DNA from: a virus | Virus record (IMG/VR): IMGVR_UViG_3300045988_124743 | Span: 1-42,274 of that record | DNA length: 42,274 bases | Strand: one strand, 5' to 3' | Part shown: in pieces, positions 8,048 to 15,468 of the stretch | How positions within the stretch are numbered: position 1 is the stretch's first letter | How the letters are laid out: each line of letters begins with the position of its first letter | Notes under the pieces: generated by a model | Database searches by the model: none | What the model saw: only the letters and a program-made list of their open reading frames with translations | What the model was told of the DNA's origin: nothing | Position numbers and translations under genes: made by a program

Positions 8048-8955
8048 AGTTCTCCATTTTTGATTTTTTCCTGCAGCTGCGCTAATTCGCTTTGCAGTTG
8101 CTCTTCTGGCATCTGGACTGGTTTAGCATAGAATTTCTCATCCAGCTGGATTGCTCCGGTTCCTGGATTGTCTTCTTCACGTTCCGCTTTGCTCCATTTC
8201 TTCAAAAGCCCTCTCCAGTCCCTGATAGGGTCATTGCCTGTCTTCCACCCGGTGGATTCGTAGTGTTTCCAAAACTTTTTTGCATCTACGTTCAAGTTGT
8301 GTTCCTGGATGTAGCCCACGATTTCTGAAATGGACGGTTTAACAAAACAGTCAGTCAAGTCAGTCTGCACATTTTCGTTTTTTGCACTTTTTCGCGTAAC
8401 GCCACTATCTAACTTTTGACTACTGACTGACTTATCTAGACTCTTATCTCTAGACTCTAGACTCTTGACTCTAGACTCTACGTTACGAAATAACGTTACA
8501 TCTTGCGTTACTGTAACGTTATCTGATAACGCTTTTTGACGTTCTCGGTAGCGTTTTTGACGTTCTGCGCCAAGCTTTTTCGTATGCTCATCTGTTTTCG
8601 AATTTCCAATCATAGCATCAAAGTTAGCTATATGTAACACATTGTCATCAGACACATTAATCAGTCTTAAGTTTTTGTATAACTCAAGGGCCACTCTGAC
8701 TGTGTCTGCGGAAAAGAACTTAGTGTCACGAGCAATCTTTTCAACACTGTACGGAATCAACATATTGCCTACTTTTGAGGCTAGAACACCATTTGTATTT
8801 GCTGTCATTGCACATAATTTTAGATACAACGCTACGTACTGGCATCCGTCTTTCTGGGACAACAAAAAGTCGATTGCGTCACTTTCGAAAAAATCAGTCT
8901 TCAACTTGATCCAATAATAAACTTTGTTATTATCCTTGATTTCCGACATAAGCAA
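8044..8955 (-). CDS. Phage replisome organizer (Phage_rep_org_N-like N-terminus, DnaD-like C-terminus)
   Basis: YYWIKLKTDFFESDAIDFLLSQKDGCQYVALYLKLC at the N-terminus and FWKHYESTGWKTGNDPIRDWRGLLKKW at the C-terminus. Internal DNA iterons are present. Confidence 0.8.
   Translation of the reverse strand: MLMSEIKDNNKVYYWIKLKTDFFESDAIDFLLSQKDGCQYVALYLKLCAMTANTNGVLASKVGNMLIPYSVEKIARDTKFFSADTVRVALELYKNLRLINVSDDNVLHIANFDAMIGNSKTDEHTKKLGAERQKRYRERQKALSDNVTVTQDVTLFRNVESRVKSLESRDKSLDKSVSSQKLDSGVTRKSAKNENVQTDLTDCFVKPSISEIVGYIQEHNLNVDAKKFWKHYESTGWKTGNDPIRDWRGLLKKWSKAEREEDNPGTGAIQLDEKFYAKPVQMPEEQLQSELAQLQEKIKNGEL
8435..8566. repeat. Putative replication origin: iterons embedded in the replisome-organizer gene
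   Basis: CTAGACTC occurs 4 times perfectly (8436, 8450, 8457, 8471) plus one degenerate copy. There is a cluster of AACGTTA/CGTTAC palindromic motifs at 8481-8532. The 13-bp direct repeat TTTTTGACGTTCT occurs at 8533 and 8554. Confidence 0.55.
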
Positions 8956-8963
8956 TCTCCTTT

Positions 8964-9395
8964 CTATTCTTCTTTTGATTCTATTTCATTTATAACTACC
9001 ATTACGCATGGTTTTTGCGCATATCTCTTGAAGACATGCAGGTCTGATACTTGCTTATCATCTTCGAAAGCCACTTTATTTAAAGAGTCCAGTACAACCT
9101 TTGCAATGTTGTCGGAATCTGGCTTCTTTTGTGGTTGGATTTCATTTGCAAGCATCTTATTTAGTTTCACTTTTGATACTTTCTTAGGTGGTGAGAAATA
9201 CGCGAAAATCTTCACTTCCAGGGACCCTTCCAGCATGCTTGGAGCGCTACACTGTTCCATGAAGCTTAATCGTACTAGATTCTCATATTCAACTGTTTTA
9301 GGTGGTGTATGCACACTTACATACTTACCACGATTAGAGAATCGAGGCCTTCCTTTGGACCCCGGTTCTCCTGGTACTACAAACTGATAACGCAT
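8964..9395 (-). CDS. rusA: RusA-family Holliday-junction resolvase
   Basis: FVVPGEPGSKGRPRF ... DSDNIAKVVLDSLNKVAFEDDKQV is the RusA signature. Confidence 0.85.
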   Translation of the reverse strand: MRYQFVVPGEPGSKGRPRFSNRGKYVSVHTPPKTVEYENLVRLSFMEQCSAPSMLEGSLEVKIFAYFSPPKKVSKVKLNKMLANEIQPQKKPDSDNIAKVVLDSLNKVAFEDDKQVSDLHVFKRYAQKPCVMVVINEIESKEE

Positions 9396-10201
9396 TATTC
9401 TTTGATTTCTCCGGTCACTGGATCTTCACCAGGTTGTTCCTGATATTCTGCATCAAAGAACTCATTTGGAACATCTGCCATATCTTCTTCAATCGTTGTC
9501 TTGATTGATTCATCTGTACTCATTTGCTTAACGAATTCAGTTTTCAAAGGAGCATATTTCAATAGCTTTTTCAAAACTGTTTTCTTGGCCATTTCATCAA
9601 AATTTGTTTTCCATGGACCACTTGAAAATGATTTTGAATATTTTTTCGCATGATCAAGAACATCTTCATACGACATGACCTGGAATCCTTGGCCACCATT
9701 CACTAATTTGAACGTTGCATAATAATAGATTGGCTTTCCTCGATTTGTTCTTGCAGGTTTATGTTTAAGCACTGGATCCATTCCAAGCTCATACTCAAAC
9801 TCATCGTTTTCATAAACGACTTGAGCATCAATCATCTTGACTTCGCCTGAACGATATGCCAGGTCAATCAATCCCTTGTAACCAATCTGGAACTGACAAG
9901 CTCCACCATATGGAATCAAATAGGCTTGTCCTAGTGGAGTATTTGGTTCCAAACCTAATTGTGCTGCATTCATCATTGCAGCCAAGAATGACTGTGGAGT
10001 ACATGATGCTAGCTTGGCATTATTAGATACTGCAGATAATGCGATTCGTGTGAATCGTTCTGGAGTCATTACACTAGGCAATGCCTTCGCGATTTCTCCT
10101 GACATCACAGAAATGTAATCTTTAATTGTTTGTGGCTGTTTTTTTGCCACTTTATTCGACTGCTTCTTTGCAATCATTCCTTGTTGATTTGTTGTTGTCA
10201 T
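9395..10201 (-). CDS. recT: RecT-family single-strand annealing recombinase
   Basis: AAQLGLEPNTPLGQAYLIPYGGACQFQIGYKGLIDLAYRSGE matches RecT motifs. It is paired with the upstream exonuclease. Confidence 0.9.
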   Translation of the reverse strand: MTTTNQQGMIAKKQSNKVAKKQPQTIKDYISVMSGEIAKALPSVMTPERFTRIALSAVSNNAKLASCTPQSFLAAMMNAAQLGLEPNTPLGQAYLIPYGGACQFQIGYKGLIDLAYRSGEVKMIDAQVVYENDEFEYELGMDPVLKHKPARTNRGKPIYYYATFKLVNGGQGFQVMSYEDVLDHAKKYSKSFSSGPWKTNFDEMAKKTVLKKLLKYAPLKTEFVKQMSTDESIKTTIEEDMADVPNEFFDAEYQEQPGEDPVTGEIKE

Positions 10202-10215
10202 AGATATTTATCCTC

Positions 10216-11232
10216 CTATTGTTCTTTGACTAAAAATCTTCTCATTTTTCTTTGAGTTAAGTATTGATCATAAAGTTCAGGTTCATCTTTTCTGAATTCT
10301 TTAGTATCGAATGTATTTGATACCGATGTTTTCCATGTAACTTTGAACTTGTCAGATGTTCCAATACCAGAATCACCTAAGTAGTTCTTAACTTCATTCT
10401 CATGCTTTTTCTGAATATTCTGGAGCTCCTTGATTTTATCTTTGACAAGCTTCAATGCATCCAGTTCCTGCTGCAATGGAGTTAGATCCACAATGTTGTC
10501 TTCATCATTCTCGACTGGATGAAGTTCACTGATTGCTTGTGCAGTAGAATCCGAACCATCGATTGGCGGTTCAATGTCGTTCTCCACACAGTTCCAGAAC
10601 TCTTTCTCCTGCTCGATCAGTGCATTGACTTCATCATCACTTCTAAGAACCTCGTAGCAATACAAGTCAACTCCAGGAATATAAATAGCTATATACCACT
10701 TAGAAAGTCCGGTAACTGCCATATAATGCATGCACTGTGCATAATACTGAGGTGGAATATTTCCTTTCGAATATATATCTTTGTTGTATTCAGACGTGGT
10801 CTTGATTTCTAGACCTGCATCCTCTCCAACAACCAATCTGTCAACGTTGGCCAACATGAATGGATGATCTACAGATTGAAATGAGAATCCACTCTTTCGA
10901 CATTTCTTGCCAGTTTCTTCTTCCCAACGTCTGGCCACATAAGCTTCCGCATCTCGACCAAATCGCATACGCTCATTGTCAATGTTCTTATGGATTCGGC
11001 CAGTCTTTTCACACCATAGTGCATAAGCCGATTTGTATTTGTTCATGCCTAGAACGGAACCGGCATCAGAACCACCGATTCCCTTTAGACGATTGTCCAG
11101 CCACTCTTCATGAGTAGCTGGTAACTTGTGCTTTGTCACTTTATTCATCTTCATTTGATTCATCCTCTTTTTCTTCTTCTGGTTCACCTGCATCATCAAT
11201 GTAACGATTGTCGTTCCATTCTCTCCAGTCAT
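10216..11232 (-). CDS. YqaJ-like (lambda Exo-type, PD-(D/E)XK) recombination exonuclease. The start codon is ambiguous (alternative ATGs about 70-80 nt downstream).
   Basis: HEEWLDNRLKGIGGSDAGSVLGMNKYKSAYALWCEKTG is the YqaJ N-terminal signature. LEIKT is a catalytic-like motif. Confidence 0.85.
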   Translation of the reverse strand: MTGENGTTIVTLMMQVNQKKKKRMNQMKMNKVTKHKLPATHEEWLDNRLKGIGGSDAGSVLGMNKYKSAYALWCEKTGRIHKNIDNERMRFGRDAEAYVARRWEEETGKKCRKSGFSFQSVDHPFMLANVDRLVVGEDAGLEIKTTSEYNKDIYSKGNIPPQYYAQCMHYMAVTGLSKWYIAIYIPGVDLYCYEVLRSDDEVNALIEQEKEFWNCVENDIEPPIDGSDSTAQAISELHPVENDEDNIVDLTPLQQELDALKLVKDKIKELQNIQKKHENEVKNYLGDSGIGTSDKFKVTWKTSVSNTFDTKEFRKDEPELYDQYLTQRKMRRFLVKEQ

Positions 11233-11256
11233 CGATATCCTTAAAGAATGGCATCG

Positions 11257-11526
11257 CTAGTTCTCCTTGAATGGTGGATGCTCCGCTAGAAATCTGTCCA
11301 TTTCATCATCGTAGCATTCTCTACAGACTGCAAATCCAAATCCGTATGCAGTATGTACTTCTCTCGATGTGTACATTTCACCATATTTATGCAATCTGCC
11401 ACACTGTGCGCATGGCACCATCTTTTTCCATGTCTTCTTCATATAATCTGCATTCATCAGGAAGAAGAATGTCTTCATACTTATGCAGCTTTGTATTGTA
11501 CTTTCTTGCTCTAATTGACATAGCAT
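11257..11526 (-). CDS. Small protein with a putative zinc ribbon (start uncertain)
   Basis: CAQCGRLH ... CRECY is a four-Cys arrangement. Several candidate ATG starts exist. Confidence 0.4.
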   Translation of the reverse strand: MLCQLEQESTIQSCISMKTFFFLMNADYMKKTWKKMVPCAQCGRLHKYGEMYTSREVHTAYGFGFAVCRECYDDEMDRFLAEHPPFKEN

Positions 11527-11915
11527 TTACCTCTTCTCTTTCCACCGTTAATTTCGCAATAACTTCTGAATTTTTGATTCATCTCAACATTGAATGCATC
11601 TACTGCACTTTCAAAGCAATCAGCTATCTGATCTGCTTCTAGACCGAATATAGATCCAATTGCATATATACTAGGATTTGCATGTGCTTCAATATCCAGC
11701 ATAGGCGAAATACTAACTTCGTACGCACTGTCTAAAGATTCCAAATATTCTTTAAGTTCAGATTTGATTTTCGCAAGATCATCAGGATTGTTAGATTTTG
11801 CGATATCTTCCTTTAATTTATCGAATCTTTCCTTGATTTCATTGATTTGAGCATTTCTTTCAAGTATTTCCTCTAAGCTTGCTTTTATTGGTCCGCGGTA
11901 TCCCTTTTTTTCCAT
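11511..11915 (-). CDS. Hypothetical early protein, paralogue of 11930..12307
   Basis: Shared segments: AYEVSISPMLD / AFELRVIPGLD, IFG, QIADCFESAVDAF / LIAECFKACTHAF. Confidence 0.5.
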   Translation of the reverse strand: MEKKGYRGPIKASLEEILERNAQINEIKERFDKLKEDIAKSNNPDDLAKIKSELKEYLESLDSAYEVSISPMLDIEAHANPSIYAIGSIFGLEADQIADCFESAVDAFNVEMNQKFRSYCEINGGKRRGKCYVN

Positions 11916-11929
11916 GTTGATATTTCCTC

Positions 11930-12307
11930 CTAATGAATCTGATGATCGACTTTGTTCATGTTGATTTGTCTTTCAAGTTCTTTTGAAAAAGCATGCGTAC
12001 ACGCTTTGAAACATTCAGCGATTAGATCAGGCTTCATATTTGTGGCAATTCCAAAGATTAAAGCACCGGCTTTGGATTCACCAGTTACAACCGGACTATC
12101 AAGCCCAGGAATCACTCTCAATTCAAATGCTGCTCCGCAATTCTTAATTAGATTCTGGAATTCTTCTATAATTGCGTCACCCTCTTCTTCCGATACATCA
12201 CCTTGCAGCTTTTCATAAAGCTCATTTAGCTTGTCATTCATTCTTTCATATTTTTTCGATTCTTCATCGAATTCATTCCCACTTTTCTTCAACACAAATT
12301 GTTTCAT
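11930..12307 (-). CDS. Hypothetical early protein, paralogue of 11511..11915
   Basis: RBS aaaaggagaaaa. Similarity to the downstream gene as listed there. Confidence 0.5.
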   Translation of the reverse strand: MKQFVLKKSGNEFDEESKKYERMNDKLNELYEKLQGDVSEEEGDAIIEEFQNLIKNCGAAFELRVIPGLDSPVVTGESKAGALIFGIATNMKPDLIAECFKACTHAFSKELERQINMNKVDHQIH

Positions 12308-12331
12308 TTTTGATTTTCTCCTTTTTGTCTG

Positions 12332-12567
12332 TTACTCAAACCCTGCAACCTGGATATCACAGTCTGCTGATAGCCTAAATTCGAATCATTTTTTTTGCTT
12401 TATCTTAGGAAAGTTTTATCAGTTAGTTGTGATTATGGATTTTTTTCTGACGTGCTTTGTTTATAGATAGAATAGGAGTATTGAAATATCATCAATCCAT
12501 TAAAGAAATATTATTTTTTTAGCAGACCACGTCACTTGGCAATACCCAGGTTGCAAGATTTGAGTTA
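12332..12567. repeat. Intergenic element E1, bounded by 22-bp imperfect inverted repeats
   Basis: 12332 TTACTCAAACCCTGCAACCTGG versus the reverse complement of 12546..12567, TAACTCAAATCTTGCAACCTGG (19/22). A nested 7-bp pair GTCTGCT (12362) / AGCAGAC (12521). AT-rich interior with no ORF. Confidence 0.6.
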
Positions 12568-12579
12568 TTTGTTTATAAT
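12551..12579 (+). promoter_or_regulatory. Near-consensus sigma-70-type promoter (TTGCAA-17-TATAAT) overlapping the right inverted repeat of E1
   Basis: TTGCAA at 12551-12556, a 17-nt spacer, and TATAAT at 12574-12579. Confidence 0.4.
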
Positions 12580-12599
12580 TTAGTTGTTCATTTTTGATT

Positions 12600-12628
12600 G
12601 GCCACTTTCACATGAGTGGTCTTTTTTT
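12600..12628 (+). terminator. Rho-independent terminator (+ strand)
   Basis: GGCCACT-ttcacatg-AGTGGTC followed by TTTTTTT. Confidence 0.6.
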
Positions 12629-12657
12629 ACATTAAATTCCATAGGAACCTTCTTTCA

Positions 12658-12906
12658 TTACCACACTTGTTTGTACAATAAGATAAAGTTCAACACTGTA
12701 ATGATGATTGCGAATGCATACATAATAAGCAAATCATCCTTTTCATCCTTGCTGATTCCACCCTTTTCAAAGATTACCTGGACATTCACTTCCGGTTGTT
12801 CCTTGACTGGTTGTCCAAAATTGAAATTAGGAATCTCCAATTGACTATCCATTACAGCATCTGCTTGTTTAGTCTTTGCTTTCGTCGATACATTTTCTTT
12901 TGGCAT
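12658..12906 (-). CDS. Small protein with a C-terminal transmembrane helix
   Basis: Start chosen at MPKEN (RBS gaagga). C-terminus LLIMYAFAIIITVLNFILLY. Confidence 0.45.
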   Translation of the reverse strand: MPKENVSTKAKTKQADAVMDSQLEIPNFNFGQPVKEQPEVNVQVIFEKGGISKDEKDDLLIMYAFAIIITVLNFILLYKQVW

Positions 12907-13189
12907 GTTTAAATCCTTCACTTTCTATTTTTTCCATTACTTCATCCAATTTAAATCTGAAATTGAACTCTTCAATATCCTGCATTCCCAGATAATATAG
13001 AAGATCAATATCTTCATGATTGAATACGTAACAATGGTCTTTATCCATATAACCTTCTGGCCATGGACATCCTGCATAGTCATACATTTTCTTTGTCTTT
13101 ACATTTTGTTGAAGTCTTCCGATAATCATCAACTTCTTAGTTCCTTCTTTAAGAACTACGACACTTCCGAGAGGTAATAATTCTTGCAT
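12869..13189 (-). CDS. DUF4176-like protein
   Basis: LPLGSVVVLKEGTKKLMIIGR ... YDYAGCPWPEG ... YVFNHEDI matches the DUF4176 pattern. Confidence 0.6.
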   Translation of the reverse strand: MQELLPLGSVVVLKEGTKKLMIIGRLQQNVKTKKMYDYAGCPWPEGYMDKDHCYVFNHEDIDLLYYLGMQDIEEFNFRFKLDEVMEKIESEGFKHAKRKCIDESKD

Positions 13190-13270
13190 GTTCTACTCCT
13201 TTCTATCTGTTGTGGTGTGCTGCGCAAACCTCCGCCATGTATAATGAATACTGTAGGAGGTATAAAATAA

Positions 13271-13621
13271 ATGAATACTAATTTTGAAAATATAAACCTT
13301 TATATCAACGAACGATATAAATTGTTCTGTTTAAGATGGACCAAGAAACAAGTAACAGAGGCTTACCTTGGTAAAGACTCTACCAGAAAGCTTGCTGCAT
13401 TACATTTTCTTAAAGCCCGTTATGAATTCAGTGATACTACAAAGGCCGATGTTATGACTTCTGCCTTCTATGAACTGACAGACACTTACTTCAGATACTG
13501 TGTTTGGAGAAGAAACAGGTTCTTCTATGGAACACTGTGGCCTCAGCTTGTTGCGGGTATCACATCTCTAATAGTCTCAGTACTAACAGTAGTAGTACTA
13601 ATGAGCTTAGGACTGCGATGA
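13271..13621 (+). CDS. Hypothetical protein with a C-terminal TM helix (moron-like, opposite strand)
   Basis: Strong RBS aggagg 8 nt upstream. A TATAAT hexamer lies at 13239-13244. TM helix LVAGITSLIVSVLTVVVLMSLGL. Confidence 0.5.
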   Translation: MNTNFENINLYINERYKLFCLRWTKKQVTEAYLGKDSTRKLAALHFLKARYEFSDTTKADVMTSAFYELTDTYFRYCVWRRNRFFYGTLWPQLVAGITSLIVSVLTVVVLMSLGLR

Positions 13622-13757
13622 TCAGATGATATTGCAGCCTTTTTTTATATAGAACCTGGAAGAACTCTTCTGTTGCTTCATCGATTCCATATTCCTTAAT
13701 AAACTGTTTTCTCAGCCTTTCATAATCTTCTTTTGTTTCATACATATGGGGTTTCAC
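13560..13757 (-). CDS. Hypothetical small protein (start GTG or a downstream ATG)
   Basis: ORF with aaaggag upstream. Its 3' end overlaps the convergent gene 13271..13621. Confidence 0.4.
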   Translation of the reverse strand: MKPHMYETKEDYERLRKQFIKEYGIDEATEEFFQVLYKKRLQYHLIIAVLSSLVLLLLVLRLLEM

Positions 13758-13765
13758 TTACTCCT

Positions 13766-13805
13766 TTCTACTGCGTTCTACTATGTTCTACTACGTTCTG
13801 GTGCA
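13766..13805. repeat. Four 10-bp tandem repeats (TTCTACTGCG TTCTACTATG TTCTACTACG TTCTGGTGCA)
   Basis: Read directly. The period equals one helical turn, and the last unit runs into the left inverted repeat of E2. Confidence 0.7.
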
Positions 13806-14074
13806 GTACTTGAGGTGCCACTTCACTAGGACATTTTGTCTTTTGCGAAAAGTTGGTATTTTCATGTCCTTGCTAAAAGCTGCTGGATCTCTGCTAAAGG
13901 GGTTTATTATATTTATTGACTATTGTTTTCTTTCAGTCACTTTGAATGTGATGTAGGTAGAGCACAGACTGAAAGAGCGTCATATGACTCGAACGAAATC
14001 ACAGGACCCAGTATCTTGCGGCGACAGGTTTTCCTTTCTAACCTGGGGAAATAGCACCTCAAGTACTGACCAGA
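13797..14074. repeat. Intergenic element E2, bounded by 21/22-bp inverted repeats, with nested internal hairpins
   Basis: 13797 TCTGGTGCAGTACTTGAGGTGC versus 14054 GCACCTCAAGTACTGACCAGA (15 bp perfect, a 1-nt bulge, then 6 bp). Internal stems: AGGACAT/ATGTCCT, CTTTT-GCG-AAAAG, CTTTCAGTC/GACTGAAAG, CAGGTT/AACCTG. Confidence 0.65.
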
Positions 14075-14143
14075 GAGTTTCTGTATTTATATGCACTTCT
14101 TAAGATTCGATGATACCATGTATCTTGGAAGGAGGTGATTTAT

Positions 14144-14740
14144 ATGTATAGTGAAGAAGACCTCGCAAAGCTTATTCAATTCAATACTTTATCCAGTACT
14201 ATTGAGTCCATTGATCGCATGAATGAAGCTCTAAGAAAAAGTTCCGTAATTTCTTTAAAAACTCCTGAAACTACTCTAAAAGCTATTGAAAGCATTCAGA
14301 AAAGTATCGATTCATTCAAATGTGAGAATATGTTTCCGAATCTTATGTCTTTATCAAAATCTCTTGATCATCTTAAGTCTTCATATTCCTCTGTTTCTTC
14401 AAGTCCCAATCAAGAAGAAACTGTTTCCGATGAAGCCTGTGATCTAGCAAACGGGATTGTCGATAAGATGGAAACGGATCTCGTCTTTAACAACTGCACT
14501 TTCAACATAAATGTTCCTGAGAGATCTAACAAATGGACACGCTCAGAAATTCTGAGTCTTATTCAACTAATCGTTGCGATATTAGCCTTTGTTGCTGGAT
14601 GCATCTATAGTCCATCAGATGAATCAAATGTTGCGGATGACTTCACGCAAGAAGTCAATCAATTGATTGTTGACACCAATAAGCTCGCTAATCTTAGTGT
14701 AGATTCCGTTAATCTTACACATTTGGATGAAACAGCCTAA
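14144..14740 (+). CDS. Hypothetical protein with one TM helix near the C-terminus
   Basis: RBS ggaaggagg 8 nt upstream of the ATG. TM helix ILSLIQLIVAILAFVAGCIY. Confidence 0.6.
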   Translation: MYSEEDLAKLIQFNTLSSTIESIDRMNEALRKSSVISLKTPETTLKAIESIQKSIDSFKCENMFPNLMSLSKSLDHLKSSYSSVSSSPNQEETVSDEACDLANGIVDKMETDLVFNNCTFNINVPERSNKWTRSEILSLIQLIVAILAFVAGCIYSPSDESNVADDFTQEVNQLIVDTNKLANLSVDSVNLTHLDETA

Positions 14741-14836
14741 AACAATTAAAATTACTGAGATTGCATTTAGGCAAATTGCTCTATCAAGACTTCGAACCCG
14801 ATCTTCGAGGTCTTTTATTCTTCTTTCTTGGTCCAT
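14624..14836 (-). CDS. Small membrane protein, antisense-overlapping the 3' end of 14144..14740
   Basis: Strong RBS aaaggagaaag 5 nt upstream of the ATG. TM helix AISVILIVLGCFIQ. Confidence 0.4.
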   Translation of the reverse strand: MDQERRIKDLEDRVRSLDRAICLNAISVILIVLGCFIQMCKINGIYTKISELIGVNNQLIDFLREVIRNI

Positions 14837-14923
14837 TTAACTTTCTCCTTTGTATGCTGCAAGCATACTTTTTCTAATTTTCTATGTGATACAATCTCCT
14901 TTTGGAAGGAGGTGAGTATACTT

Positions 14924-15127
14924 ATGTACAATTTGATACCCGTACGATCAAGTAGAATGAATGCTGTTGGATGGGATGAAGGCACCATGTACATTCAGTT
15001 CAAGAATGGAGCCATATATGCTTACTACAATGTCAGTGAACCTGAATACAAAGCCTTCATTTCTTCACCGTCATTAGGACAGGCACTAAATACGTTCCAG
15101 CATAGACATCCATATCGACGTGTCTAA
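14924..15127 (+). CDS. KTSC-domain protein
   Basis: VRSSRMNAVGWDEGTMYIQFKNGAIYAYYNVSEPEYKAFISSPSLGQ matches the KTSC pattern. RBS ggaaggaggtg. Confidence 0.75.
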   Translation: MYNLIPVRSSRMNAVGWDEGTMYIQFKNGAIYAYYNVSEPEYKAFISSPSLGQALNTFQHRHPYRRV

Positions 15128-15420
15128 TCTGTTGGAGTAGACAATTCCTTGCTTACAACAGTTACTCTATCTACATCTACAACTACAGAACACATAGGAT
15201 TAAAGTGACTTGTTAAGTACTCTTGCAAAGGCTTAGCAAGTACCTTTAATTCATCTGTATTGATTCTTGCTTTCGGAACCAATCTAACGTTTAAATCAGA
15301 ACTAGTTATTTCAACACCGTCACTGTTGATAATGACTAGTTTTTCTTTTGTTTTTGCATCTTCAACAATCAGTTCTTTCCAATCATTGGATAGAATCTTT
15401 GATGATTCATCTTCTGCCAT
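15124..15420 (-). CDS. Hypothetical early protein
   Basis: RBS gggaggaaagg. Its stop overlaps the stop of the convergent KTSC gene. Confidence 0.55.
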   Translation of the reverse strand: MAEDESSKILSNDWKELIVEDAKTKEKLVIINSDGVEITSSDLNVRLVPKARINTDELKVLAKPLQEYLTSHFNPMCSVVVDVDRVTVVSKELSTPTD

Positions 15421-15468
15421 ATAATTCCTTTCCTCCCATCCTCAAGTACCGCACCAATGTAAATTGGC

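Noticed and set aside
7612-8131. Alternative ORFs 7612..7794 (-), 7697..8131 (+) and 7746..7976 (+) within and around gene 7562..8047.
   Set aside because: They are nested or antisense to the operon-consistent ORF. They have repetitive low-complexity translations and no RBS.
13797-14074. E2 as a retron msr/msd or a DGR template/variable repeat, because of the flanking inverted repeats.
   Set aside because: No reverse transcriptase ORF exists anywhere in the window. There is no second near-identical copy with adenine-specific differences.
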